A stretch of 32,000 nt of DNA from Pseudomonas phage 201phi2-1. Shown one piece after another: positions 1-9,548 of the stretch; the first letter of the stretch is position 1, and each line of letters opens with the position of its first letter. Made by a program: the position numbers and the translations under genes. The notes beneath the pieces were generated by a model that did no database searches, had not been told where the DNA came from, and saw only the letters and a list, made by a program, of their open reading frames with translations. Where the stretch lies: the sequence record NC_010821.1; one strand, 5' to 3'.

Positions 1-1
1 C

Positions 2-226
2 GTAGTTAACGCCGAGATGTGTGTTGTGATCTGTATGGTCAGGTTGAATAATGGTCACCGACTGGTAACTGATGCGATTGTTGCGAATAGTGGTTTGTTT
101 GATGCCGCACGTGGTACTCAAATCGCTCGCGATAAAATGATCTCCAAGATCATGGAACTTGAAATGTACCAGATGCGTACACGCCTGCATGACGAACGAA
201 CTAAGGAGGTCACTGATGTTGACTGA
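2..226 (+). CDS. Small conserved phage protein, N4 gp49/Sf6 gp66-like family; 5' end probably truncated by the window edge
   Basis: Open frame from base 2 with no in-frame stop. Pattern VVICMVRLNNGHRLVTDAIVANSGLFDAARGTQIARDKMISKIMELEMYQMRTRL resembles the family pattern (V.V..LkNGF.vTG.s..v...nFd.eiG..iAr.nAi.KiW.lEgY.l...L). Overlaps the next start by 11 nt. Confidence 0.65.
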   Translation, partial: VVNAEMCVVICMVRLNNGHRLVTDAIVANSGLFDAARGTQIARDKMISKIMELEMYQMRTRLHDERTKEVTDVD

Positions 227-1460
227 TGCCGAAATTCTTGATAACCAAACCCAGACACTTGAAGAAGTGTTGGATAAACTCCATTCGCGTTCAGATGAAC
301 CTTTGGAGAAAGCTGTAGCAGTAGACGTAGGTAATGATGCACTGCATGTTGCAGTTGAGTGCTTACGCACGCTTTCTGATCTGCACCGAACGATTGCAGT
401 AGAAGGCGTGTCTAAAGACGATGTAAGCGCACTCAGAGCGATTCAAGCCAGAATGCAGCCATACATCCGTCTTCCATCTAAAGTCGCCTTAGAAGCGTAT
501 GAGGGACTATTCACGCCTAACCGCACGATGATCAACCAGACCATCTCGCAGGAAGCTACATTGGCTGAGTTTGGTAAGACTCTGAAAGAATGGTTCTTTA
601 TCTTCGTTGACTTTATCATTCGCGTATCCGATTGGTGCCGACGTGTATGGAACTCCGAAGACGCCATTCGTTTACGACTGAAGAATATGGATAGTAATCT
701 TCAGTCGATGTACAACCAGGTCAATGAGTTAATCAAGTACAACGCCAAGTTTGGACGTGACGCTGAGCCAGATCTGCTCAAGATCAGTGAACTGGTATTA
801 GCCGATCCTAAACTGACTCGCTCCAATGCCATGCTGATTGCGTTTAACGTACCTGCTAAAGATGGTATTATCAAAGTCATGGATCGTGATGCCGATCGTT
901 TATTTAATTCGATGATGAAAGACCTCGTTTCTTTCAAATTGCATATCGAGCAAAATAAACCTATCGGTTATCTTATCGACTACGGTAAAGAGTTTACTGA
1001 AATCGCTAGTTGCTTAGAAGCGTTGACTGTTGCGGTTGACGACCAAGATTTCTTCAAAGATAATCTCTCGTTAGATTTCTGGAAGAATCCTAAACAACTA
1101 GTGTCTCGCCAAATCTTTGCACCATCGCACAACATCGATCAGGTACAGCGACTCGCTAAAGAAATTAGATCTATTAAACGTAACTCTAATTTTGATGCGC
1201 TCGAAGATGCGGATGTTCTGGCAACGGTTATTGAAAACCTGTCGGAAGCGGTTAAAGGTTTAGAACGAATCATTAAGTTCAAACAACAGCTGTACGCTGA
1301 CTGTTATAAAGTTTCCGCTACATACGCTAACTTCTATATCCGTGCTCGTGATCACATCGAGGAAACTCTTCGTGCTAACGTAGCTGATGATATTGAAGCT
1401 AAGGTAATGGAACGTTTAACCAAAGCTTGGGAAGAGCTCCTTAAGCGGATGGGTGTTTAA
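216..1460 (+). CDS. phiKZ-like inner-body/virion protein paralog with predicted 93-aa propeptide (cut after ..SKVALE|AYEG)
   Basis: ORF track frame 159..1460. ATG at 216 has a strong SD (ctaaggaggtcactgATG), giving 414 aa. Shares the core prodomain and following amphipathic helix with ORFs at 9549, 11386, 12576, 14089 and 15290. Confidence 0.7.
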   Translation: MLTDAEILDNQTQTLEEVLDKLHSRSDEPLEKAVAVDVGNDALHVAVECLRTLSDLHRTIAVEGVSKDDVSALRAIQARMQPYIRLPSKVALEAYEGLFTPNRTMINQTISQEATLAEFGKTLKEWFFIFVDFIIRVSDWCRRVWNSEDAIRLRLKNMDSNLQSMYNQVNELIKYNAKFGRDAEPDLLKISELVLADPKLTRSNAMLIAFNVPAKDGIIKVMDRDADRLFNSMMKDLVSFKLHIEQNKPIGYLIDYGKEFTEIASCLEALTVAVDDQDFFKDNLSLDFWKNPKQLVSRQIFAPSHNIDQVQRLAKEIRSIKRNSNFDALEDADVLATVIENLSEAVKGLERIIKFKQQLYADCYKVSATYANFYIRARDHIEETLRANVADDIEAKVMERLTKAWEELLKRMGV

Positions 1461-1470
1461 CGACATAAAG

Positions 1471-1491
1471 CCCCGGCCTTTCGGTCGGGGC
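1471..1491. terminator. Hairpin terminator between convergent genes
   Basis: CCCGGCC-TTTC-GGTCGGG stem-loop (one G-U pair) flanked by ATAAAG (read as CTTTAT on the minus strand), in the 42-bp gap between convergent stops at 1460 and 1503. Confidence 0.65.
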
Positions 1492-1502
1492 AATATGCTG
1501 TC

Positions 1503-4427
1503 TTACACTGGATCTAACGTATGACGCAACCAGTTGAATGTCAGGTCATCTTCAATGGTCAACTCTTGGTTAGGGAGTACAACCAGTTTCTGACGTACCG
1601 ACAATCGAACTGCATCGTCTTCTACGGTGATGATTGCAAAGTTATTGCTACCACCCAAACCAGTAGCTTCAATAGCCATTACTTCTTCACCAGAGGTTTC
1701 AGTCAAGCGTGCTACAGCTTCAGACATACTGATCGTACTACGTGCCAAGAACTCCGCAATGGTAGTCTTGGTGTTAGAGATCAAGCCTGGTCGAATAGTT
1801 GGGTTGGTGTACCCAGACTTACTCAGGTAGTAGTTCAGGTTAAATGCCTGATCAACTGGAACAGTGAGTTGCTGACCTTCACGAATACTAACCAGCGTAT
1901 CACCATAAGTAGTAGTCGGATACAGGAACAGCTCAGCCTCACCCAACAGTCTAGCGTCGAGTAATTCGATATCGTTCTGAATCCAAGTTACCAACTGCAT
2001 CGGAATCTCAGTTGCATAGGCTGCTGCTTCCCGTTCATTAGCAAAGTAGTATTTACCATCGACCATGAACAAGGTAGTTTCATATTTCAATTTACGTGGT
2101 GCAATCAAAATAGGATTACCATCAGCATCATGGATTGGATCACCTGCCATATGTTCGTAAACGGGTTGACCATCATCTGTTAAAATAGGGTCACCTGCAC
2201 GATGAAGGATCTTGTATTCCAAACTACCGTCAGGTTTGATATTGATGATAACGTTACCGTTAGCGTCCGTTTCGTAGATAGTCTGACTGTAGTAAGCTGG
2301 TACGTTAAACTCATACTTCTGATAAGACTCAGAACTAATCACTGGTCGACTACGACGCCACAGCCGGGTCAATTCGTAACCAAATACCGTATTCAAAGAC
2401 TCGCGTGTCACACACATGAACTGCGCTGGTAGCAAATGGGTTTGTACCATCTCATCGAGGTCGTTCGGTTTATACCCTGGGGTTACCGAGTTAACAACAA
2501 TGATCGTTACAGCCAACTCACTATTAAGTGGAGCGAAGTAGTTGTTCTGTACGGTGCTAAACATACTCATGTTCAACGTACGAAGTTCGTTAGCAGAGTT
2601 AACATCAAAGTTAGTCATGATATCGAACTGATAGATCGGCTCATTATCTTGACGTCCAATGAAAGTACCGTTCACAGAGGCCCAACGGTTTTCACCAGTA
2701 GGACGATAACCAAGTTGTAACACCACTTGATCATCTTCCAGCAACTTAAACTGTTCGCCCGTCTCAAGCATTACCCGAATACGGTAACCACCATCAATGC
2801 GAGTAATATCGTAAGAACTAATAGCTGCCTGTAGGTTAGCCGTGTCGTTCTCACCGATAAAGGTCTTACTCAGGATGGTTGGATTATCCAAGTAATAAGG
2901 TCGCATCTCAAAGTTATCGTTAGCGATGTCCATTACGTTGTGCAATGGGGAATACACGTAACGAGCGTCATTGACTTCACGTGCACACTGTTCTGCTGGA
3001 ATAGTGTTGAGTCTGGTGATCTCTGAATCAGGCAACGGGGTAACTTTCCCATTACTGTAGTTATACAGCATGCTAGGGAAAATAGTCAAACGATTGCCGT
3101 TATCCGAAACATGGGTGGACCCACCCAAAGTTTCCATATCAAAGGTAATCTCAGACATGGCTACGCCTGCACCAGAGGTTACATCTAAACTACGAGATGT
3201 AGGCATCTGGCGGGACGCCAAGAATTGAAGGTTGGTGATGTCATCGACGTTAGTAACCAGACTATAGCCACGACGATCCAAAGCTGAACCCAATTGCACG
3301 TTAGTGATAGGTACTTGCAGAGGACCCAGTGTATTGTTAATCACTTGCTCACGCAGTGCGGCAAAGGTCATTGCATTGGAACCACCACTGACGCGCCCAC
3401 GTGCCAAGACCTGTTGCGTGGTCAGAGTGTTCATAGGTGCAGTGAAAGTTGGATCATCATCAATCGAGTTATATTTAACAGAGAAATCGGTTTCTGCCAA
3501 CGTCGAGAAGTCTAGGTCTACTGGTCCCTGAGTCGTGTAGATGTCAAGTCGAATACTACCAGTTGCCATACCAGTCGTTACGTACACAACCGGAATAGTC
3601 GCTGTAAGTGTATTGGTGGTAAGTTTAAGCACCACTGTGAGTTTCATTGGATCGTAAGTCAATGCACTATGTGTAGTATTGATCTCAGTCCAAGTAGCCT
3701 CGTTATCTGTTGAGATATAAGCCCGAGCATAGAAGAACTGGCTATTCAGTGGATAAGACTTCTGGAACAAAGCTGACGGGTTCAGTGTGTCAGTATAGGT
3801 AGTAATACCAAACTGTTGAACTGGGATAGTCATTACCATCAAACGCCGACGCAGATTGTCTACCTTGGAAGTCATCATCTGCCATTGCACGATGTTGGTA
3901 GTCAGAGTTTCTACAGGAGATACCTTATCCAATACATATTCAACAGTCACACCACCATGGCGCATTACCGTCATTTGGATTGGGTACTGCATAGTGAACG
4001 GCATCTTACCAGCACTGAACTGGGTAAGGCGTGGAATAACCAGACGCTTTAACCCTTGATCACCATACGGTACTGCTTTGGCGATGATCTCGTCGTAATC
4101 AACCACTAACATGAATGGTGTACTGGCTGGGTTAGCGAACCGACCCAGATAATCATCATCCGCCATGTGAGCATAAAGGTCATCGGGTGTAACAGCTTGT
4201 CGACCATACAGTCGCCGCATAGAAGCTTCAGTATGGTTAACGTTGGCAGCAGTTTCCATACTACCACATTCCATCAAAAATACAAATGGGATTGTACCAT
4301 CGGGTACGTCAAAAGTTGGATTGTTTGGATCTGGATTCAATTGAGAGTCCAGCTCATTCAACGCCAAAGCTTGAATCAAACTTGGGTTGTTGAGAATTTC
4401 ATAAAGGTTATCTTTAAAACTACTCAT
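1503..4427 (-). CDS. Large virion structural protein, phiKZ-like (974 aa)
   Basis: Long uninterrupted ORF; beta-rich, Thr-rich composition; no Cys cluster or enzyme motif; adjacent to other structural genes; stop/start overlap (TAATG) with the upstream minus-strand gene. Confidence 0.65.
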   Translation of the reverse strand: MSSFKDNLYEILNNPSLIQALALNELDSQLNPDPNNPTFDVPDGTIPFVFLMECGSMETAANVNHTEASMRRLYGRQAVTPDDLYAHMADDDYLGRFANPASTPFMLVVDYDEIIAKAVPYGDQGLKRLVIPRLTQFSAGKMPFTMQYPIQMTVMRHGGVTVEYVLDKVSPVETLTTNIVQWQMMTSKVDNLRRRLMVMTIPVQQFGITTYTDTLNPSALFQKSYPLNSQFFYARAYISTDNEATWTEINTTHSALTYDPMKLTVVLKLTTNTLTATIPVVYVTTGMATGSIRLDIYTTQGPVDLDFSTLAETDFSVKYNSIDDDPTFTAPMNTLTTQQVLARGRVSGGSNAMTFAALREQVINNTLGPLQVPITNVQLGSALDRRGYSLVTNVDDITNLQFLASRQMPTSRSLDVTSGAGVAMSEITFDMETLGGSTHVSDNGNRLTIFPSMLYNYSNGKVTPLPDSEITRLNTIPAEQCAREVNDARYVYSPLHNVMDIANDNFEMRPYYLDNPTILSKTFIGENDTANLQAAISSYDITRIDGGYRIRVMLETGEQFKLLEDDQVVLQLGYRPTGENRWASVNGTFIGRQDNEPIYQFDIMTNFDVNSANELRTLNMSMFSTVQNNYFAPLNSELAVTIIVVNSVTPGYKPNDLDEMVQTHLLPAQFMCVTRESLNTVFGYELTRLWRRSRPVISSESYQKYEFNVPAYYSQTIYETDANGNVIINIKPDGSLEYKILHRAGDPILTDDGQPVYEHMAGDPIHDADGNPILIAPRKLKYETTLFMVDGKYYFANEREAAAYATEIPMQLVTWIQNDIELLDARLLGEAELFLYPTTTYGDTLVSIREGQQLTVPVDQAFNLNYYLSKSGYTNPTIRPGLISNTKTTIAEFLARSTISMSEAVARLTETSGEEVMAIEATGLGGSNNFAIITVEDDAVRLSVRQKLVVLPNQELTIEDDLTFNWLRHTLDPV

Positions 4428-5506
4428 TAAGGAGTTCCTGTGGTAGTGCCTGCCGCGCGATCGGCATCACGAATAGTGGATGTAAGGTTACCGCCAAACT
4501 TGGCAGCGTAAGTACTTTTAAGCACATGCCATTCTAATTCGTTATGGGCCTCTACGTTGATGTAGGGATATGCTTCGAAGTTGAACCAGTTAAGTTCGTT
4601 GTACCCTAACTTTACAGTTTGGACACCACGATTACCATCTTTCATGGCATCGTTGAATTCCTGGACCAATTCGTTAAACTCATAAATTAAGATGTAGTCG
4701 TAAATAGTCATTCCCATACAACGCCAACTAAAGTTCAGTTGATCGCTTACGGTTTGATAAGGAGTTTCCGAACCGTCACCCGTGAAGTTAATACCTTGAC
4801 CAGTTGGAGCGTTCATCGGTAATGCAGCACCACATGCAGCGATACGCTGAACGTAGGTTTTAGTTGAGTCCATTACCAAACGGTAAAATCGAGTGTTAGC
4901 ATCGTATTCATTTAATAGCACGAGTTCAGGATAGGGCATAATGCGCCCTTCCCGGTTCAAACCCATATAGGTTTGCCACATGTACATCATCCATGATATA
5001 GGATCGCCATCAATATTTCGGCAGGTCATTTGTAAATCGTAAGTTCCGTATTGATACGGGACATCATCGACATACGACATCGCATCACGGTAGACTCCGG
5101 GTGCAGTGGTACTCAAGTTTAATGTGAAGTCTTCCCATCCGGTAAGACTAATCATGTTATTCGTAAGCAGTGGAATAAAAGGTTGGAGTGGGTCTACACC
5201 CGGACACCAATCTGGACCATTTGCTTTATGTGCCTCTGGATCAAGGTACGCCCGGACACGGCGTTCAATACTGTGTGGATTTGGATTGAGCAACATTTGA
5301 AGTCGTCGATCGACCATGCAATTAGCTTCGGACAAATTCAGATATGGACGCGTGACAAACGTATAACCATGGTTCTCTGTATTGAGGGGAACGGAGTTGT
5401 TTCGTCCGGTAATATTTAACCCACGAAACGTATCGTATATTGATTGATCACGCGGTGATAAACCCGAGTTCTTGATGATCTGATTGATGAAATCGTTTAA
5501 AGCCAT
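4427..5506 (-). CDS. Virion structural protein, probably tail/baseplate-associated (359 aa)
   Basis: Long ORF with aromatic-rich, structural-like composition; translationally coupled to 1503..4427. Confidence 0.6.
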   Translation of the reverse strand: MALNDFINQIIKNSGLSPRDQSIYDTFRGLNITGRNNSVPLNTENHGYTFVTRPYLNLSEANCMVDRRLQMLLNPNPHSIERRVRAYLDPEAHKANGPDWCPGVDPLQPFIPLLTNNMISLTGWEDFTLNLSTTAPGVYRDAMSYVDDVPYQYGTYDLQMTCRNIDGDPISWMMYMWQTYMGLNREGRIMPYPELVLLNEYDANTRFYRLVMDSTKTYVQRIAACGAALPMNAPTGQGINFTGDGSETPYQTVSDQLNFSWRCMGMTIYDYILIYEFNELVQEFNDAMKDGNRGVQTVKLGYNELNWFNFEAYPYINVEAHNELEWHVLKSTYAAKFGGNLTSTIRDADRAAGTTTGTP

Positions 5507-5542
5507 TTTAATTAACCTCTTTTAAAATTAAAGGAAGAGACT

Positions 5543-6745
5543 ATGACATTACCAATTGTTGCCGCAGCCGCTGCCGGAGACGTAAAAGCTATCGGTCGAG
5601 AGCTTATGTCCACTGTATTGACTGCCGCAAAAGCCTCTACGCGAGTGTCTTCGCTGGCTGACCTGGCTAAACCATGCCGTGTCGAACCCATTACCCTTAT
5701 CGACCAGAGCATTGCTGATCAGCCTTACATTACTGATCTGATGAAACTGACAGTTAGTATGTTTGCCGGTTACTACTTGCAAGCGGTTAACATGGTAATG
5801 GGTGTCGGTCGAATTGATACGATGAAAGTGTTTGACACACTGAACCCTGAACGTAGTTTGGGTGGTCTTGCGTTTGAATCTCATCGTGCCGCTGTATATG
5901 ATCCGGCTACTTATAGCAATGGTCTGCCATCGCTTGAAGCTTTCAGCCAACCTATGCGTCGTGGCTTGATCGCCGAATACTCCCAAGAGAAGTTTGAAGA
6001 CGCTTGGAAAGAGGACGCTCCATTCCGTGCATCGCTCGAAGATGGTGCTGATAAAGAAGACAAGCCACCACGTAATTCGATCAGTTCTTCTGACGCACAT
6101 AAAATCTACGAAGCAGAGAACCTTGCGATTGGTAAGCTGCTTAACGTCGACGTAACTTCCGATGGTGAGAAGAAGAAACTTCCTGTACTGGTCAAGCTAA
6201 TTCCAGCTGTAGTTCCTTCGGACACACTGGTACAGATCTTCACCGGTGGTGGCCGTGACACTTGGGCACACCGGATGTTCCTCGTCAAATCTGGACAGAT
6301 CCAATTCTGGCGTGACTTCGTTATGGGTCAAGACATGATCGATGCACATATGAAAGCATTGATGTCTGACCGTAATGGTGCTTACAAAGCAATCATGGAC
6401 CGTCGTCGTAACAACGTATCTAAATCGGTACAGTCCGGTCGCCTGAGCCTGGCGGATGCTTCTAACATTGCTATCATCTCCGCTACTACCATGAAGAAAT
6501 CGGCGAACACTTTGTTTGCTAAGATTGAAGATAAGAACATGCGTGACAAGATCTTCGATAACTCCTATCTGCTGTTGCTGATGGTTGTCGATGAACGTTG
6601 GGGTCGTGTGACGATTTATCACCGTGGCGTAGATCTCTCTACTAGCTATCGTATTGAAGATGTTAAGCTGGCTGAGAAATCTAAAGGTCAAGATATCACT
6701 GAGATCTTTAAACTGTTCAACAAGCAAATGCATACTAACATCTAA
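5543..6745 (+). CDS. Virion-associated protein, phiKZ-like (400 aa)
   Basis: Long ORF with SD AAAGGAAGAG before ATG 5543; first gene of the plus-strand run into the inner-body cluster. Confidence 0.6.
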   Translation: MTLPIVAAAAAGDVKAIGRELMSTVLTAAKASTRVSSLADLAKPCRVEPITLIDQSIADQPYITDLMKLTVSMFAGYYLQAVNMVMGVGRIDTMKVFDTLNPERSLGGLAFESHRAAVYDPATYSNGLPSLEAFSQPMRRGLIAEYSQEKFEDAWKEDAPFRASLEDGADKEDKPPRNSISSSDAHKIYEAENLAIGKLLNVDVTSDGEKKKLPVLVKLIPAVVPSDTLVQIFTGGGRDTWAHRMFLVKSGQIQFWRDFVMGQDMIDAHMKALMSDRNGAYKAIMDRRRNNVSKSVQSGRLSLADASNIAIISATTMKKSANTLFAKIEDKNMRDKIFDNSYLLLLMVVDERWGRVTIYHRGVDLSTSYRIEDVKLAEKSKGQDITEIFKLFNKQMHTNI

Positions 6746-6756
6746 GGGGTTACCAG

Positions 6757-7650
6757 ATGAGTCTTTTGTCCTTTATCACAGACCTGCCGGCCGTTCTTGA
6801 ACGCCGTCAAGTAATGAACGTTGTCGACCAACTGAAGCTGGAGTATGATGACACCATCTCTCCTATTCTGGACGACATCCGGGAAACCTTCCAAGGTCGA
6901 CCAATGAAGTCCATGCTGAATAAGCGCATGGATACCACCACTCGCCGTTTCGTGAGTTTCAACGGGGATTCCCTCCAACTGATTCTGAAGAACCTCACTA
7001 ATATTCGTGGTTACTTCGAACTGCTGGAACGCGATGTTAAATCGGCATTTAGTGTACAGTTCACTAATACCAATATTTCTTTCGAGCGTGCTAACGTTCT
7101 GAAGTTTATTGAAGCACTGGCTTTCTACATTCGTTATGCCCGTAAGTACCTGCTGTTTCTGGTCGCTCAAGAATCCGCTGCAATCGGTAAAGCCACTGCC
7201 AGTAAATGGTCCCCAGCTGAGATCGAGTGGGTTAACACCTATATGGATGACTTTGCTGCCCTGTACCAGACCATGGCCATTCAACCGAATGAGTTCAAGT
7301 CTCGTATTCAGAAATCGTCTAGTGCGGTTATTGAAGAGTCGACTTATCAAGTAGCCATGCAACAACTGGGTGCCCAGAAGACTGACCCACTCCAGATGGA
7401 TGGTTTCAGTCCTCGACAAAACCCATTCATGTTGCTGGGCAAGTTCATTGCTGAGATGCAGATTACGCGCTATAACGAAGCCAAAGAAGAATTCTACGGT
7501 CTGCAACTGCGGCTGCAAGAACTTCGTGATCTGCAAGCTGGTCAACCAGCTAACCCTAAAGTACAGCAACTGATCCAGTCGTATGAAAAGCGCATTAGCG
7601 AATACGAATACGAGATGAAACAAATCGAAGAAAAGGCTGGTCTTGCCTAA
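6757..7650 (+). CDS. Predicted alpha-helical/coiled-coil virion-associated protein (297 aa)
   Basis: ORF with Leu/Glu/Gln-rich heptad-like C-terminus (LYGLQLRLQELRDLQAGQPANPKVQQLIQSYEKRISEYEYEMKQIEEK). Confidence 0.6.
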   Translation: MSLLSFITDLPAVLERRQVMNVVDQLKLEYDDTISPILDDIRETFQGRPMKSMLNKRMDTTTRRFVSFNGDSLQLILKNLTNIRGYFELLERDVKSAFSVQFTNTNISFERANVLKFIEALAFYIRYARKYLLFLVAQESAAIGKATASKWSPAEIEWVNTYMDDFAALYQTMAIQPNEFKSRIQKSSSAVIEESTYQVAMQQLGAQKTDPLQMDGFSPRQNPFMLLGKFIAEMQITRYNEAKEEFYGLQLRLQELRDLQAGQPANPKVQQLIQSYEKRISEYEYEMKQIEEKAGLA

Positions 7651-7659
7651 GGAGGCTTC

Positions 7660-8193
7660 ATGTCTACTAATGCCGTAAAGCCTTTCCCTGATGGCCGTGA
7701 TTATTCCGGTGGTCAGATCAAGCCAACTAAACGTTTTGAACTACGTGAGGGTGATCCTCGTGTACACGAACTGTTTGTAGAGTTTACTAACTTTCCTAAA
7801 CATGCCGTGACTTGGGATTTCCAGAAACGCGTAATCAACCTCGCTCAAGAACTATTTGAGGGTGAGTATAGTTGGTTCGTCCGTCAAGACTCGAATGCAC
7901 TGATTAAAGATCAGAACTATGCATTCATCTTAGATACCGTGCGATACATCGCCACCGGTTACCGTCGGTTCAGTATTCATACTTGGCCATCTCTGATTAG
8001 CTATGATGTTCCAGTGATCAGGGAATCTGTAGCGGGTCGCCGTGATATCTGGTTCCTGATGGAAGAACTGAGTGTACCGGGTAACACCAATGCATTCATC
8101 CAGAAATGGCTTTCACACAAAGACGGATTTAATGATCTAGTCTATACCTTACATCTGTTGTTTGGTAGTGTGCCTGAACAAATTAAGCAATAG
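7660..8193 (+). CDS. Conserved phage structural/assembly protein candidate (177 aa)
   Basis: ORF with SD GGAGG and tight spacing in the structural operon. Confidence 0.5.
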   Translation: MSTNAVKPFPDGRDYSGGQIKPTKRFELREGDPRVHELFVEFTNFPKHAVTWDFQKRVINLAQELFEGEYSWFVRQDSNALIKDQNYAFILDTVRYIATGYRRFSIHTWPSLISYDVPVIRESVAGRRDIWFLMEELSVPGNTNAFIQKWLSHKDGFNDLVYTLHLLFGSVPEQIKQ

Positions 8194-8201
8194 GAGGGCT
8201 A

Positions 8202-9482
8202 ATGGTTAATTCTATTAACCGTCCCCAACCTGAACTCGGCGGGGTAACACCCGCCGATTTTAACGTCTTGTCCAATGAGTTCTTCGCAGAGCTAGATCTT
8301 TATGCTAAACGCAATGATGCAATCTGTGATGAAATGGCGGCATTAGAAAATCTTTTTATTACATTGGAAGGGTCAGATCCGACTCTTATCAATTATGCCC
8401 TTGAGAAATATAATCTCACTGAGGTAGTTTCTAATGAAGACGTTAACCGCGCAGCTATTCAGGCATGGGAACGAGTCAAGGTAAACCTACGTCGTTTCCA
8501 AAGCGATCTCTTTGGTTACGCTAAAGTAATTCAATCGGGTTCAGAACGATTGGTCGAAAGACTTGAGATGTTGCAAGGTATTGCAGAGAAAGCTAACAAG
8601 GTACCATTTAAAGACGAGATCACGGTAAAGAAGAATCAGAAGTTCGCCATCAATGGTGGATTCCAACCTTTTGATATCCGACCAGTTTTAGAAGACACCA
8701 ACAACACTTTCGATTTCTATGACAAAGTCTTGTTGCCGTATATGAAACAGATCGGTAAGCTACTGGATACCGTGGAGCTCAACCTTACGTGGACTGAGAA
8801 CACAGAGATGAGGTTTGAACTGCTCAACGCCAATAAATGGATGAAGAACTTTAAACCCCTCGAAGAACCGGATGATCGTTTCCGTGCAGCGGCTTATGTG
8901 GTACGTGGTATCACAGCTCAGGGTGAACGCGCTATCTATTATTCTGGGCCTGAGGACACCAAGACTGAAAACGTAAAAGACTGGGGTTATTTTATTAGTA
9001 CCATTCGAAACATGCGTTATCGTTACTTGAAGATCCCTGGTCAGCAACCTCTCAATGAATCTGACAACAAGATTGATGTTGAGAACGCAACGACAATTAG
9101 ACAACGTTTAAGTTATCTGATCGGTATCGCTAAAAGGATTCAGGGTCGTAAGGGTTACGACCAAAAGATCTCAACTGAATTACGTAAGATCGAACGGTCA
9201 GCAGACAAGGTCAGAAACAATACCCGTAATATGCGTACTCAACTCGACCAACGTAATGTTGAAGAAGAGCGCGACGAAGGTCGTCCTAACGTTTCTAATA
9301 TTGTTAAAGACATGTCGACCATCTTGAACTGCATGACTCGTTTGGTACAAGACTTCAACAACGCTGTTGCTGGTCAATTAAGGTTGGCTGGAGCATTGGG
9401 TTTTATATGCGACCTTGAATTAAAAGCATATGAAGCGCCGATCGATAAGCCGACGCCAGAAGTACAAGAGAAACTTGAGTAA
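8202..9482 (+). CDS. Inner-body-like helical protein (426 aa), no clear consensus cleavage site
   Basis: SD GGAGGG before ATG 8202; gene order and helical pattern (ALENLFITLEGSDPT..., VKVNLRRFQSDLFGYAKVIQSGSERLVERL) resemble the neighbouring paralogs. Confidence 0.5.
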   Translation: MVNSINRPQPELGGVTPADFNVLSNEFFAELDLYAKRNDAICDEMAALENLFITLEGSDPTLINYALEKYNLTEVVSNEDVNRAAIQAWERVKVNLRRFQSDLFGYAKVIQSGSERLVERLEMLQGIAEKANKVPFKDEITVKKNQKFAINGGFQPFDIRPVLEDTNNTFDFYDKVLLPYMKQIGKLLDTVELNLTWTENTEMRFELLNANKWMKNFKPLEEPDDRFRAAAYVVRGITAQGERAIYYSGPEDTKTENVKDWGYFISTIRNMRYRYLKIPGQQPLNESDNKIDVENATTIRQRLSYLIGIAKRIQGRKGYDQKISTELRKIERSADKVRNNTRNMRTQLDQRNVEEERDEGRPNVSNIVKDMSTILNCMTRLVQDFNNAVAGQLRLAGALGFICDLELKAYEAPIDKPTPEVQEKLE

Positions 9483-9548
9483 AGCCATATCGGGAACCAC
9501 TACGGTTCCCCTTATGCTATGTTATCATTATTAACAGAGAGTAGACAC

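Noticed and set aside
5549-6733. Minus-strand ORFs of 183 and 178 aa
   Set aside because: Antisense to the 400-aa structural CDS and without SD or a consistent operon context.
6742-7623. 293-aa minus-strand ORF
   Set aside because: Lies fully antisense to the well-supported plus-strand CDS 6757..7650, has no good SD, and its composition looks like a shadow frame.
9492-9510. Hairpin GGGAACC-ACTAC-GGTTCCC after stop 9482
   Set aside because: Clear 7-bp stem but no T tract, so I did not list it as a terminator. It may still be functional.
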